Source: Mizuhopecten yessoensis
Taxonomy: Eukaryota
Assembly: GCF_002113885.1 (NCBI RefSeq)
Contig: NW_018408915.1
Span: forward strand, 1,093,396-1,157,395
DNA: 64,000 nucleotides
Direction: 5' to 3'
Each line of letters begins with the position of its first letter. The first letter of the stretch is position 1. This document shows positions 24,560 to 39,400 of this stretch, in pieces. A program made the position numbers and the translations under genes. The notes under the pieces were generated by a model. That model did not search any database, had not been told where the DNA came from, and saw nothing but the letters and a program-made list of their open reading frames with translations.

Positions 24560-27415
24560 CTCATAGGCTCTCCCATCCCAATTTCTCTGTACAGTCATTG
24601 CTGAATAAATCCATGAGATCCAGTTTGTTGTTAAATTGTTATTTGGACAAATCTTGCATTCAGCTGTAAGCTTTATATCTTGGCGTGATTTCTGTCGGTC
24701 TATTTAAACAATCCTATTCTCGGGATGTTTAGGCTAAGAATCACGATACTTTATTTTGCAAGTAGCTAAGCTTGGTGGGTTGGGGGACTTTTTAAACTTT
24801 GTATAATTTAATGATAACCTAGACTTGCACTAAACGTCACAGTCTCGCAGGTCAGATATGTCAAAACAATCACTTTATAACAATTTTCCGAGTCCTGATA
24901 TTGACAAGTGGCCCGCTTTGATAGCTTGCTTTTGTCAAATTTGTACAAGTAAATGAGTTTGACTTTCATTGGTAGATCAAATGTGTCAAAATATTGAAAG
25001 ATTAATCATTGGCTCCAACTTATCAAGGTTGCAGGGTTATTAGTTGAATTCATGAACTGCTGTTAAATACGATATTTTAACCACAAAAACAAGTTCAGGG
25101 GTCCTGTTTTCATGTAGTTGGATTTGATTAAGGGCTGTCGAGATCATACAAATACATGACCTTGATGTGCATTTACGGTTATGGGTCGAAATCTGTCCGG
25201 TATTGAAACCTTTTCATATAAAATGAAGCGAAAGCCTGCTGGAATGAAGGAATGTTAATTTTGAGAAATCTGTGACCTGTATTTGCATTCAATTGAAGGC
25301 AATGAAGGACAAGTGTTTTGCACCGATATTAACTATCGCGTACAGTACCTGGTAATCCTGATAAATCAGGCAAATGTTGAGAGGGATTTGGTCCAAATAT
25401 AATGTACCCATCTTCCATTTTGGAAGTCTAATTTTAGGTCACCCAAGCTTTGCTCGATTTCACAAATGGGCATTAAGTTTATATCCTTAAACACTCGCTG
25501 TAACCCTAACTGATCCGTGGTTTCCTGAACATATATCTTAATCGCCGTTTCATGAATCGTGTTATGACTAATGCATCTAAACATTAGGTCACTGCAACCC
25601 CAACTTAACCTTCATTTACCTCGAATACTCTATGGTTTCCCCCAGCATAAATTGATCGCTGTATCATGAATTGGCATAAAACTTTTTAAGTACACCATGT
25701 AATGACTGCAGACTCTCGTTCAAAAATGGGTTAAGCCGCAATTTGACCTTAACGTTGAGTACTTAAATAATGGCTTCCAGAGCATATCTCGACCGCTAGC
25801 TGTTTAATGAATTAGCATCAAACTTTGCATATAGTATCTATATGTACATCATGGGAAGATGGTGTGTCGCATCCTGATTTGACCTTTACCTATAGTGCTA
25901 AAATAATGTTTTCTGGAGCAGATCTTTGGCACCGTTTTATGAATGGGCTGTAAAGTCATTTTATCTCGACAAAAGTCCCAATAAACCAAAGTTCTACCTT
26001 TCAAAGAATTTTGCAACTTGAACGCAGGTTAACTAAGCATCACCATTGCATAATATTTTTGGTATCCAGGACGAAAAGAAATTGTACAAAATCTGCCCAT
26101 CTGCTACAGTAATGAATATTTTGCTGTGTTAGTAGGAAATCGAGTTCGGCAAGAACCTAGCATGTAAATGAATCAAATACTTAAAATAACAAAATCCATG
26201 TCATTTTTACAAATTTTAATTTAAATAATACTCTTAGTAAAACAAACAAAAGCTGTGTTGGCGAGGTAAAATAATTGCTAAAACACAAATTTTAAAACTG
26301 TTTTAATAATTTGCTAAACAGATGATGATTATGACATACACGTGAAAAAATACAATGTATAATTATGTAGTTTGTTTTGTTAAAATAAGCATAACTTTTG
26401 TGCTTACTCGTCATATAACGATTTTTTAAGATACATAAACACCGGTATCTGTTCCAAGTTCTCGCTTGTTTGGCATAGTATGATAAAATATCGTAAAGAC
26501 TAGCTGCATCACCCATTCCTGAAATTTGTTGTAAACCTTTGTAACTATTTATATATAAATAAAGAGTACTCTAAAAACTTTTTCAAGGACACATCTTAAA
26601 AGCAAATACATTCTGTATTCTAATTAAAAGTTAAAAAAACCTTTTACTCTCGGGGTGGTCAAATTGTAGTAAAAGAGTTTTTACAACTTGAAAGACATTT
26701 TACCACAATGTGCACCCTAGTTGCTTGAAAAGCTTTGAGAACTCTTTGCAGAACTAAAACAAATCTCATTTGAAAGTGACCATGGCATCAGACGATAATG
26801 GTACTAAAGTACATACCAAATTATCTTGAACGTGCACACTAGTTACTTGAAAAGCCCAAAGAATTCTATCAAAATTAAAACAAATCTTATTTGATGAGAA
26901 CTAGCCATGACACAAGACCATATTGGTACTCTTCATGTATGTTAATTTTTGGATCTGTTAATATGACATTTCAAATTCTTTGCTTGTTTGAAGTCCCTAA
27001 GCTATTATAATCGTTATTTTAGTATCTTTGCATGGTATGGAATACAATATAACATGTTTATAGCTAAATCCAAGGATCCCAAAATCAAATTGACATTTAA
27101 TTAATACAATATTTGATATTCCTGGGACATTATATCCTATGCTATTTGCCAGTTAACAATAAATTACAAACATAACATTATTGTAAGCAAGGATTCCATA
27201 AGGAGTTGGGGTTTTAAATATGTTTTAATCTATTCTTTCTAACTGTTTTGACCTTTTTCTTAACACTGAGTATCAAACCCAACAAATATGGCAATACTGT
27301 AAAATCTTCACAAATGCCCAACAATTGCACAATATCATATACTAAAAATGCCCAAGGTGAGAAATATCACAAAACTTTTGAAATCCCATAGCTCTTGGTG
27401 TCTAAAAGTCAAATG

Positions 27416-30400
27416 TCAGCATGGCAACGGTCGTATATCTGGTGTTACAAACCTGAAATAAGACAAAATTAATGTTAATACATCTTTGATAAAATCTATG
27501 ACTTGAATTCGTCAAAATTGCAGGAGTGGTTAAATGCCTATTAGGGTTGATACAGCAATGACAAAGATTTTTGTTTGTCAACAGAATAATTTCTATCGCA
27601 GCCACTATATATAGTCTCGTCGGTCAATACATGTACACCTATAGGTATATTCACCAACCAAGCCTAAGTAGCCTAGTACCTGTGGTTCTTTCAAACATCT
27701 GAGAAAAAGGACTCTTTTTCCCATTGGCTAAAGTGTGTCACAGGTTTATACAATTGACGGCACACAAGATTAATAATGTTACATTAATGCTGTCGGTAGT
27801 ACAATCTAATTAAAATTATATCTTCACATCGCTCCCGTTTACTGATATGTCGCGTTGAAGCAGTAAACGGGAGCGATGTGAAGATATAATTTTAATTAGA
27901 TTGTCGGTAGTATGTCGAGACTCAATTTTAGGACACATGGAAGTCTGCAAGAGTTATGCCCCTTCCTTTGATTTAAACCAAGTACATTACAGGAACAAGA
28001 AAAAAAAAAAACGAGCTGTGGTGTACTGCTTAACTTGTTCTGAAGTCTTTCAATGACAGAAGTGAATCTGTTTTGTGAGGCTTGTACCTTCACGAGGCCC
28101 AGTCTCACTTCTGACACCAGGAAATTCAAGCCCTCGCAAACCAGATATTTAATATCACATCTGGAAACAACTGTTCTATTAAGTTAAGAATTTCTTCAAG
28201 ACTTTGCATAATGAAGAATGTAAATTTGAGAAACCGAAGCTTGAGCTCAAATGATCTTTCACTTCTCAGCCTACAAGTTCATGTATATAAAATAGACATA
28301 AATTAAGACTCACTTATGTCGTGCCTCTGAACAAAACAGCCTGTCCTTTGAGTAGTACTGCGAGGGGAGATTCCTGTCTAGAAGGTAGGTGTGCAACGAG
28401 ATGAAACTGTCGAAGTGCTGGTCTGCGTCACTTCTCTGTATGGCGTCTGTTACCACTGATATGTAAAACATAGTGATGGTCTCGTGGTATCCAAACTTCA
28501 CCTAAAACATACGTCAATACACAATTGTGGAATTAAATATCATGAAAAAGTTATGTTAAACCTATCAATAGTCTTGTTGTACTACCAAAAATTTACATCA
28601 AAGGGATACTTCTGAAAACTCATGAGGCCATTCAATATTATATATTCTTTTAATGGGTTACATGTATATCCAGAAAACAGATGCCTGTCAGTTTAGAGCT
28701 TCTGGTGGCTATCGCCAATAAGATAGTTTTCTTTTGCCTGAATATACCTTGGGATTATGCCATCATAATATGACATGTAATTAAGGTCAGCTGATGACAA
28801 GTCTATATGAGGGGCGATATTAGTGGAAGATCAAAACTGTATATAGCCTCATTTAAAAAAAACACTTTTATTAGACCTGTTTTTTCTAATTTGTAGATGA
28901 AGTGCAGGCCATTGAACTTGAAACTTACTTTATCTTTGTTCTGTTCATTGAAATGCTGGATACCAGCTCTGAAACATAGAATGAACTGGTTAGTTTCTTT
29001 ATTTCATGGTGAATATATAATGTTTTGACTCTTGTTAAGATTTCTATTATGGTCTAAGGGAAGATAATCCTAATTCCTGATCACTAGCTGACTGTTTGTT
29101 ATAAAGCATAACTCAAGAAGTCTCATTTTGTTTTCTGATAATAAATTGCTAAAATATCCATGGCCTACATAGGTTAGCCTTCTTACGGCCTACATAGGTG
29201 AGCCTTCTTACGGCCTACATCGGTTAGCCTTCTTACGGCCTACATAGGTTAGCCTTCTTACAGCCTACATAGGTTAGCCTTCTTACAGCCTACATAGGTT
29301 AGCCTTCTTACAGCCTACATAGGTTAGCCTTCTTACAGCCTACATAGGTTAGCCTTCTTACGGCCTTCATAGGTTAGCCTTCTTACGGCCTTCATAGGTT
29401 AGCCTTCTTACAGCCTACATAGGTTAGCCTTCTTACAGCCTACATAGGTTAGCCTTCTTACTTATCCTGATGCTTTAATCTAGAACAGTTACAGCATTCA
29501 CGCCATTGGTGTTGTAAAATGTTCACTAATTTTAATAATTCAAAGTGAAAAATAAGCAAGAGATGATATATGTTAATGTATCTTGAAATATGCATTGCGT
29601 ACAGTTGTCTAAACAGAAATGTTTGTACCCTGGTATTGTGAACAAGAGGCCCTCTCAGAGGGTCTGTATTGCTCACCTGGATACCAAAGCAATCATGGCA
29701 AAATACTCTCCGAATGAGATCAAGGGAATATGCCAGGCCCCAAGGCCAATCCTTGGAGCTTATCTGTACATGTATTAGATTCTTCATGCCCAGCAATTTT
29801 ATGTATGGTTATGGGGTGGGGATCTCAACTGTTTCCAAGCTTTGACTCAGAAACTAGGTCCCTAGGGTTGTGGCCAGACCCCAGGATCAATTCTAATATC
29901 GTGACTGCATTTGTCTCTTTTTGCCCAGCATTTGTATATATAGTTTTGGGGTGGGGATATCAACCATTTCAAAGTTATGACCCAGGGGTTAAGTCTGCAA
30001 GGGTGGGGCAGACCCTGTGGTCAATTGTAATATCATGACTGCATTCGTCTTTTTATGCCCAACAATTGTATATATAGTTTTGGGGTTAGAATCTAAACCA
30101 TTTCGAAGTTATGACCCATGGGTTAAGTCTCCAAGGGTGGGGCAGTCCCCAAGTCCATCCTGGAAGCATATGTGCAATCATCTCTTTATACTCAGCAATT
30201 GTATATCCCGTTATAGGGTGGGGCTCTCAACTGTTTCCAAGCTGTGACTAACAAACTAGGTCCCTAGGGGTTCGGTCAGACCCCAGGGTCTATTCTGATA
30301 TCATGACTGCATTCGTCTTTTTATGCCCAGCATTTATATATATAGTTTTGGGGTGGGGATCTCAACAGTTTTAAAGTTATGGCCCAGGGACTATGTCTAC

Positions 30401-33400
30401 AAGGGTGGGGCCAGACCCTATAGCCATCCTGGAAGCAAATGTGCATTCTTCTCTTTATACTCAGCAATTGTATACCATAGTTATATGGTGGGGATCTCAA
30501 CCATTTCCAAGTAATACACTTTTTTTGGCCCCACCCCTTAGCCCGGGGGTTCAGTCCCACCATTTGTATAATTTTGAATCCCTGCTTCCCATGAATGCTT
30601 CTGACCAAATATGATTGATATCCATGGCATAGTTCTAAAGTAGAAGTCGTTTATAGCAATATAGCAAAATTGCCCCCTTTTTGGCCTCGACTCAGCCCCC
30701 TGGGGGGTCAGCTCCATCATTTGTACAATTTTGAATCCCCACCACCTAGGGATGCTTCCAGTCAAATATGGTTGATCTATATCATTCTCTTAGTTCCAGA
30801 GAAGAAGTCGCTTATAGCAATATTGCAAAATTGACCCCCTTTTGCCCCGCCTCTCAGCCCCCTGGGGGGTCAGCTCCATCAATTGTACAATTTTGAATCC
30901 CTGACACCTAGGGATGCTTCCAATTAAATATGGTTGACATTGACTTCTTATTTCCAGAGAAGAAGTCGCTTAAAGCAATATAGCCAAATAACTCCTTTTG
31001 GCCCGCCCCTCAGCCCCCTGGGGGGTCAGCCCAACCATTTGTACAATTTTGAATCCCCACCACCTAGGGATGCTTCCAGTCAAATATCGTTGATCTATAT
31101 CATTCTCTTAGTTCCAGAGAAGAAGTCGCTTATAGCAATATTGCAAAATTGCCCCCCTTTTGCCCCGCCTCTCAGCCCCCTGGGGGGTCAGCTCCATCAA
31201 TTGTACAATTTTGAATCCCTGACACCTAGGGATGCTTCCAGTCAAATATGGTTGATATCCATGGCATAGTTCTACAGAAGAAGTCGTTTGTAGCAATATA
31301 GCCAAATTGCCCCCTTTTTGCCCAGCCCTCAGCCCCCTGGGCGGTCAGCCCCATCATTTGTACAATTTTGAATCCGCACCACCTAGGGATGCTTCCAGTC
31401 AAATTTAGTTGAATTCCAATCAGTGGTTAAGAAGAAGAAGTCGTTTAAATAAATTGTTGCCGGACGGACGACGGACGGACGGACGGATGGACGACGGACG
31501 CCACAGTATGGCATAAGCTCACCTTGGTCCTTAGGACCAGGTGAGCTAATAAATGATTGTTTGAAAATTGAAAACTAATAGCACTCAAACTGCAAACATT
31601 TACACTTTCTACAAATGACAGTACTTCTATTACTTTGGGATGATCAAGACAGATCACAGTTTTCTGTTTCTATGAATCTTCTATATGACCTTGAACTTTA
31701 AAGTCTTCATATTCAAAGTATTAAACTTCCAAATTACTCATCTATTGGTTTCAGCATGCAATTCATGTCTGTTTAGACATAAATGCATCAAATCCACAGT
31801 TTTTCTTTTGGGAAACACCAGAATAGAAAAAAAAATACTACAAGTAATGTACAATATGTAATACACATTAAGTTCCTCATGCAAATTTTTTAAGTCTATT
31901 TTTGGGTAAAAAAGGGAAGTATTCCCCTCCGAATATATACCCGGTAGGCAAAATTCCATTATTTGGGAATTTAAAAAAAAGAATGCACATAAACTGCAAT
32001 TTGGGGTACATTCGCCTCTCCGGTTGAACCTGTAAAGAAAACAACAGGAACAGATCTGAACCGAGGCTAACCTCAGAAAAATTCTACATGTGTAGATTGA
32101 GGGGGTCCAGACGTACCTGGTCGAAACTAAAATAATTATAGAACGGTCCAAGTGCGTTCGTTTATTGTGGAATATTTTTGCGTCACACGTACCGTTTCAA
32201 CCGGGATACGCGAATGTAGCCTAGGTGAATGAATTGATCCAGTAGTTGAACATCAGGTATATTGGTATTAATTTTTCGTATTTTTCACTTCCCCCATTTT
32301 AAGCCCTAAAGCTTGCCCTGCACTTACATGATATGAGGTGTGGCTCCATCCTTCCCCAACTCTGTGATGTAGTTCCAAGCCATTCTAAGATGCGCTTCGT
32401 GGGTCCAGTCCTCATAAGGTAGAGTGGCATCCTCGAATGCTTTTATAAATATCTCATCGCCGACAGATCTAAATGACCTAAAAAAGCCAAAGTATTTTTA
32501 GTAAGATAAACATAAAATTGAAATTTGCATCGATTTACAGACCCCAGCTCTCACTTCAATAGAAATGGAGCCAAACGCAAAGTCAAAACTGTAAGTCTTA
32601 CCCAAGCATGCGCAGTGAAGCAGACAAATAGATCACAGTGACCTACATTTGACATATTATTGCTGTACAGCTCTGCAAGATGTATCTTCATATGGAAATT
32701 AAATGGCTCATACTTTTAGCGTTTTTGAAAAATATTGTGCTGACATAACAAAGGAAAGGGTAAACATTTTCAAGCCCCCCCCCCCCAATCCCAACTATAA
32801 TTACATCTTTACATCTAAGTCTAGAACTTGTGAAAACACAGGTGATACAGAACAGCCTCATCAACCTTGCTATTTTTTATTGTACGCAAAAGTGCTAAAT
32901 GTTTAATTTAATGTTTTTCTTAATCTAATTTAAAGATATAATTATTTCAAGTGTATACATGGAGAATTAACATTGAGATGGGTATACCACTATAAGTATA
33001 ATCTGATCTTTCAATTTGATATCAGGAAACGTGTATTTACTAAACACTGCCTAGAAAATTACTTCTGATCAGAAAGGACAGGCTTATGAATTGTACACAA
33101 TGATATGTACACGTTTTAGTGTACTAACTATAGGCCCTCTGGGCTTATTACAGGTGAGACATTTTGCTATTTACATCAACCTTTACCTGATGAAGTACAG
33201 GAGAGGGTCAGGTGTGCTGTCATTGAGTACACCATTATACACATCTCCGTACCAGACATGATGGTCCCCGACTGTGTGGACAGATTTAGCTGTACACTCC
33301 AACACTGCAGAACAACCCGATATCAGAGGTAGGCCGGACTGTAACAAGGGAGCATCACTTAATATCAAATTATCAGAAAATGTCATGACTTTTGCCCCAC

Positions 33401-36400
33401 AAGATTATATTAGCCTTCATTAACCTTGGTCTGAATCAGTCCCCTGCCCAAACCTCCAAGATTAACTCATTCATCCCTAAAATTTCATAATGAACTATTC
33501 CAAACATTGAACTGGGAGAGTTCAAATGTGTCTTTAGGGGTAAATGAATTAAGGTCTATTATATACTTGACATCAATGAAACATGTGACCAGCTTTTGTT
33601 TTTATGTGTTGCATCTGATGTTTTGCAAAAACATTTATTTGCAAATGAATATATTTTATATACCGGTACTACTGTATACAGAGCCATGATTGTATATATG
33701 CACCTGAACATATATCTGCATGATACTTCAATCTGAAACTCACCTCAACACTTAATGGATTAAAAAAAAGTAATCTTAAGGCACTTAAAACCCCAAAGAT
33801 AGGAACTGTGAGACCGGCTGTTAGAGCAAAATTAACTGTATTTGCCACAGAAACCCATTCTTGGTTATAAATCCATTCACATCAGTTTAATAGCGATAAG
33901 AGCAAACACTGTTTTCCTCTAGTTCTACAATTATGCCCATCCCTTCCTTCAAATCTGAGTTAATGTGTTGGGGGCTGGGTTTACTGCAGGATAAATATGG
34001 TATTTACATCATTGCTTATCTGGTGTGGTACACTGGTGAACTGGCATGTGTCTTCTTTCACTGGTTCGGCAAAATGTACACCATATTTCACCTAAAAAAT
34101 AGAAAAGTAATTACAACATGTATACATGTCAGTGAACCAGTGGCCTTTAACTCATTTACCCCTGAAATTTCTTGATGAACTATTCCAGCCTTTGAATTTG
34201 AAGGGTTGAAATATGTCTTCAGGGGTGAATGAGTTAATATGATTAGGTATATAATTTTAAAAGTACATGTTTATACATACAAACTTTTCTAAGAAAGTAT
34301 CTAAAAAAAACAAGCCTATTGACCTTTAATCGTAAATCTAGTACATCGTATTTTAAAAATAATTATTATGTAATTAATGTAATATAACTCTATGTTGAAT
34401 TTGGATCAACCCCTAAACTGAAAATCCTGGAGAATTTTGAATAGACTTTCGTAAAACAAGAGATCCCAGAGGGATCTTGGCGCCCACCATTGTACCATCT
34501 TCATTAGTTCTTTGTCAGTTTTATTTCCCTTCTTTTCTCTTAGCTGTTTGATCAGCTTGTCTGTCCGCCATCTTAATCAGTCTTTTGATCAACCTCAAAA
34601 GTTAACATGCTCAACTCAGGACCAAGGGGATTACCTTCATATCGAATTTGAGAAAAATTCCTCCAGAGAAATAGCAATAACAAACTTAAACTGTAACAAG
34701 ATGGCCGCCTGTTAGTTTTCAGATCAGTCCAAAAAATTGATATCCATAACTATAAGAATTAAGAGGAACACTTATGTGAAATTTCTGAAAGATCCATCCG
34801 ACACTTTTTGAGTAATAGTGCTAATAACCTTTTACTCCCAAATTCAATACGACCACCTGCCAGCCATCTTGTTTTTCCAATCATCCCCAATTCGAAATGG
34901 GGAACTAGGAACCTTGGGGAACCTTCATGCGAAATTTGAGAAAGACTCCTCGTGAACATTCTGAAAAATAACACTAACAAACTTTCATTCTCAAATTCAA
35001 GATGGCCGTCTGTTGGTCCTTTTGGTTTACCCTCTGTCCCAAAATTTGATATGTGTAACTAGGGACCATGGGGAACCTTCATGTGGAATTTGAGAAAGAC
35101 CCTTACAGTACTTTCTGAGAAATAGCGCTAACAAACTTTAACATACAAACTCAAGATGGCTGGCTTTCGGCCATCTTGGTTTTGCGATCAGTCCCAAAAA
35201 ACGATGTGCATAACTAAGGACCATGGGGAACCTTCATGTGATATTTGAGAAAGATCCATCCATTACTTTCTGAAAAATAGTGCTAAAAGATCTTTTAACT
35301 CTCAAATTCAAGATGGCTGCCTGTTGGCCATGTTTTTTTGGTTAGAATCAGTCCCAAAAAATGATTTGCAAAACAAGGGACCATGGGGCACCTTCATGTG
35401 AAATTTGAGAAAAATCCCTCCAGTACTTTCTGAGAAGTAGCGCTAACAAACTTAAACTCTCAAATTCAAAACGGCTGCCTGTCTGCCATGGTGGTTTTTT
35501 ATCAGTCCCATCTGATGATGGTGGGCTTAATTAAAATGCTACAAATAACATGTGATGGAAGAAAAACAATGAAATAGTATAGACTTTTATTAAGAGATAC
35601 TCCTAAAATGACACATTTGCAGTTTATTTCTTCATAAGAAGTATTATCAAGAAGAGAACTCTGTGTTTGAATCGAGTGCTCAGATTGTTGATTAGTAGAT
35701 TGTGCACATGTAACTTTCAAGCTGTTTGTAAATAAACATTCAAATTATTTTTTTGCAAAATAACTACCAGCACAGTCACAGGGCATGAAATCTAACTTTG
35801 TATGTTACAAAGCAGAGCACGTCTGGGCACTTTAAATAGTATCCACCATTTTGGAAAGTTTAAGCTTGGTCTTGGAAGACTTAGAAGTTCTTTAAAGTCT
35901 TCTAAAAGTGTAAGATTTTCAATCGCATGGTTAGAAGAATCCGCTGGAAGCAGAAAACTGCAAGTTATTTTGTTCTCGTGCCCAGTCATAATCACAATGA
36001 ATACACTGATGAAATACTGTTCCCTATCTTTAAATGCAGCTTTGATCTTAAAACCAAACATTCATCTAATTCTATCAGTATGTTTTTAAACTTTTGTAAA
36101 CAGTAACAATATTGACATTACCTGGTCATTGGCGAGAACGTGGACGGCGAAATGTTGAGTCCTCAGTAGAAGGTCGTGCATACGACTGAAAGGAAATCCG
36201 TTTAATAATTTACAAATTAAATTGAGCATCGTAAATCCGACCACCTCAAATCTAGATCTGGTTGTCAGTAACTTTTGTCCTGGTTACTTGTTTCCACATG
36301 AGACCTGACTTTCTGATCATGCATTTATACCATAATCAATCACATTCCTGATTAACATATATATACATGCAGTAAATGAAAGGATAATTTTCAATATGCA

Positions 36401-39400
36401 TCAAAATAACTTAATAATTTGAATAATAATAATTTGAGGTTCTTATATACGGCTTTATCACAGCCTAGTTTGTAGGTCGTCATAAAGCGGTTCACAAATT
36501 ATTTTTAGTGGTAATAGGGCCTTTGCAAACCATCCAATATCTTTCTCAACTCCCTGGGGAGCATACAACCGGTGCTGCCATTTCGACGCTCACAGCTAGC
36601 ATTCAACACTTTGAGCACTGCCAAACCACGTATTCATTTACAGCTGAGTAGTCTATAACAAGCGGGTAAAGTATCTTGCTCAAAGATACAGCACAGTGCG
36701 TGACGTGACTTGAACCCGCAACCCTTCGGTCACGAGCCCGGCGTTCTACCACTAGACTTATGTGCCTCCTAAAAAACTTGAAAAAACTACAAACGCCAAA
36801 GGCATACTGACTATATATATATATTGTATAACAATATAATTCAAGAAATGTTTCTTCAATTTTTGTTGATTAATCCCTTTAATTTACATATCACGGTACA
36901 CTTTTGCAATTTCAATACTGAAATATAAACAAATACAAGGTCATTCATTTGAACAAACTTAGTAGCCCTTCATCCCAGCATGCTTCTGGCTAAATATCAT
37001 CAGCCTGGGCCTCTTGGTTATTCAGAAGAAGTTGTTTAAAGTAAAATATTGATGCCGGACACCGGACGACGCACCACTGCATAAGCTCACTTGGCCGTTC
37101 GGGCCAGGTGAGCTAATAACTAATGCACTCCCAATCATTGATCACACGTTAAAATTTAATGTGATTCTAATATGTACTCAACAAAAGCTAATTTAGTTAC
37201 CTTGGATGTTTTAAACAAATGGAGACAACAGGTGGATTAAAGGAAACACTGTTGAAGGATGTACAAGTTATTCCTCTCTTTGACCATCTGTTCTTCAAAA
37301 TGTCGTACTCGGCCGTCGATACAACCACCACTACATATAACATAAACATTCGACACTCAGTCACAATATTCTTTATACATCTCGTTTGTCCTTGATACTA
37401 GTGATGGGCAATCGGTTTAAAATCATAATCGATAATTGGGTTTGTAATCGGAAGTAGTGAAACGATCAATGATCAATTGCATATAATCGGATCATAATTT
37501 CATGGGACTGAATACCCAAATAAAAGACAGAGTTTCTAACTATACTCAAGGTTTCGTTCTTTTATAATGAATGGAATTCAAGCAATTTTTAAGCAGTTTT
37601 ATCAATCATATAATAAAAGTCATAAGAAGATATGAATTTCAATATAGTTTTTACATTGAAAACATAAACACTTAGATTTCAATGAAGAAACGATTATATC
37701 GATAATAGAATTTGTAATCGATAATCAGAATCTATTTTCGATTATAATCGATCATCAGCCCATCACTGCTTGATACTGTAAAAAATTTCCAACACACGTA
37801 CTGTATTTGCCATAATTAATGCCCTCCTCCTTTTTCAGCACTCATTGAATGATGTATTCACCCTTTTTCTGCAAGACATTCATTCTATCACTTTCCTCTA
37901 AACAAAATATATTACAGTACTACTACTGTATAGCGCAGAAACACTTAGCCTTGTCAAATATTCCCCAGTGAGGTCCATATGTTTGCCTGGTGTAAATTTC
38001 ACCCTTCCACATATATATAATTACTATATGGTATGCTGTCATGATAAATTCACCCTTATTGGGATGTGTGCAACAGTTATGCTGCCAATACGGCAACTGC
38101 AATAACCTATGTTTCGTTGTTTGTTATATATTAATAGGCCCCCTCCCCACCCCAACCTCTCAATTTTTCCTGGGTGTTAATTACAGTGAATACGTGGTAC
38201 GGTAAAGCCATACGGCTGGTAAAATCCATGGTGGCAAATTTCCTGGTTATAATCTCAAAATTGTCAAATTAATTACGGGTACTTATATAATAAATTGTTT
38301 AGAATTTCCAATATATTTTGCAAATAATGACTACTGGACAAAATTTAAATTGTTTAAACATTTCTCTCTAAGTGGAAAATTGAATTATTCGCATTCATGT
38401 ATACCTGCCACACACTTAATTTTCAAACAACTTCTCTTGCAATCCTTGTAAATAAACGTAGAAGTAAAACTTAATTTAAAAAAGATGCTTGCTAGAATGC
38501 AAGCATCGATCTTCTTTTAATCTGAAAACAGCTTTTGAAGTAATTGTTATTCCCCCACCCCTCTCACAAAAAAACCCGAAGAGGCCCAAGGGCCTTAGCG
38601 GTCACCTGAGTTATATTTTAGGTACTATAGCTAGTAGCTCAATTTCATTGTTGAGATGTACAAAATGTGGAAAACAACATGTTAACAAAGTGAAATTATT
38701 TTGCTATTGAGAATTATACCCTCTCCCCAAGGGTGAGCAGATGACCTGGGGGATAATGAAATTTACAATTAAGGTAATTAAGGTAACTGAGTCTGATGAA
38801 GATTTTTTAACTTTTAACCATAATCCCTATTTGGGCCCCACCCCTTCAGCCCCTGGGGATGGGGCAGGATCTTATTTTCTCATACCATCTAATTGTCATC
38901 TGGCATCATAATCATTCCAACCAAGTTTCCTGCTGAAAATTGATATCATCTTCCTCCAAGGATGATTCTCACCAAGAAAGAATAATTTCCTACTGAAAAT
39001 GAACAAAATATAGTTTTATATACCCAAAAGTGTTATTTCGCTATATAAACTATAATAATTTGTACCCCCTCTCCAAAGTAGAACGGATGGCTCGGGGGTA
39101 CTGAAATTTACATTTTAAATAAAGCCCATGATGATCTTTCCATCCATGCAGAGATATTGACTGTAGTACCTCTGAGTCTGGAGAAGAGGATTTCTGAAAT
39201 ATTGGTTAATTTTCCCTTTGGGGCCCCGTCCTGACCCCTGGGGTTGGAGCAGGAATCACAATTTCACAATTTGGTACCATCTTTCTCCAAGAATGATTCT
39301 CAACAAGTAAGAATAATTTCCTACTGAAAATGAACAAAATATATCCAAAAGTGTTCTTTCCCTATATAAACTATAGTAAACTTTACCCCCTCCCCAAGGG

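Noticed and set aside
28088-28160. Alternative exon of the flavin-reductase gene
   Set aside because: An acceptor and open frame exist, but the 27452-27416 exon supplies the expected FVxPD ending; no further support.
29458-31657. Cluster of short ORFs
   Set aside because: All fall within satellite or HINE repeats and have no coding signatures.
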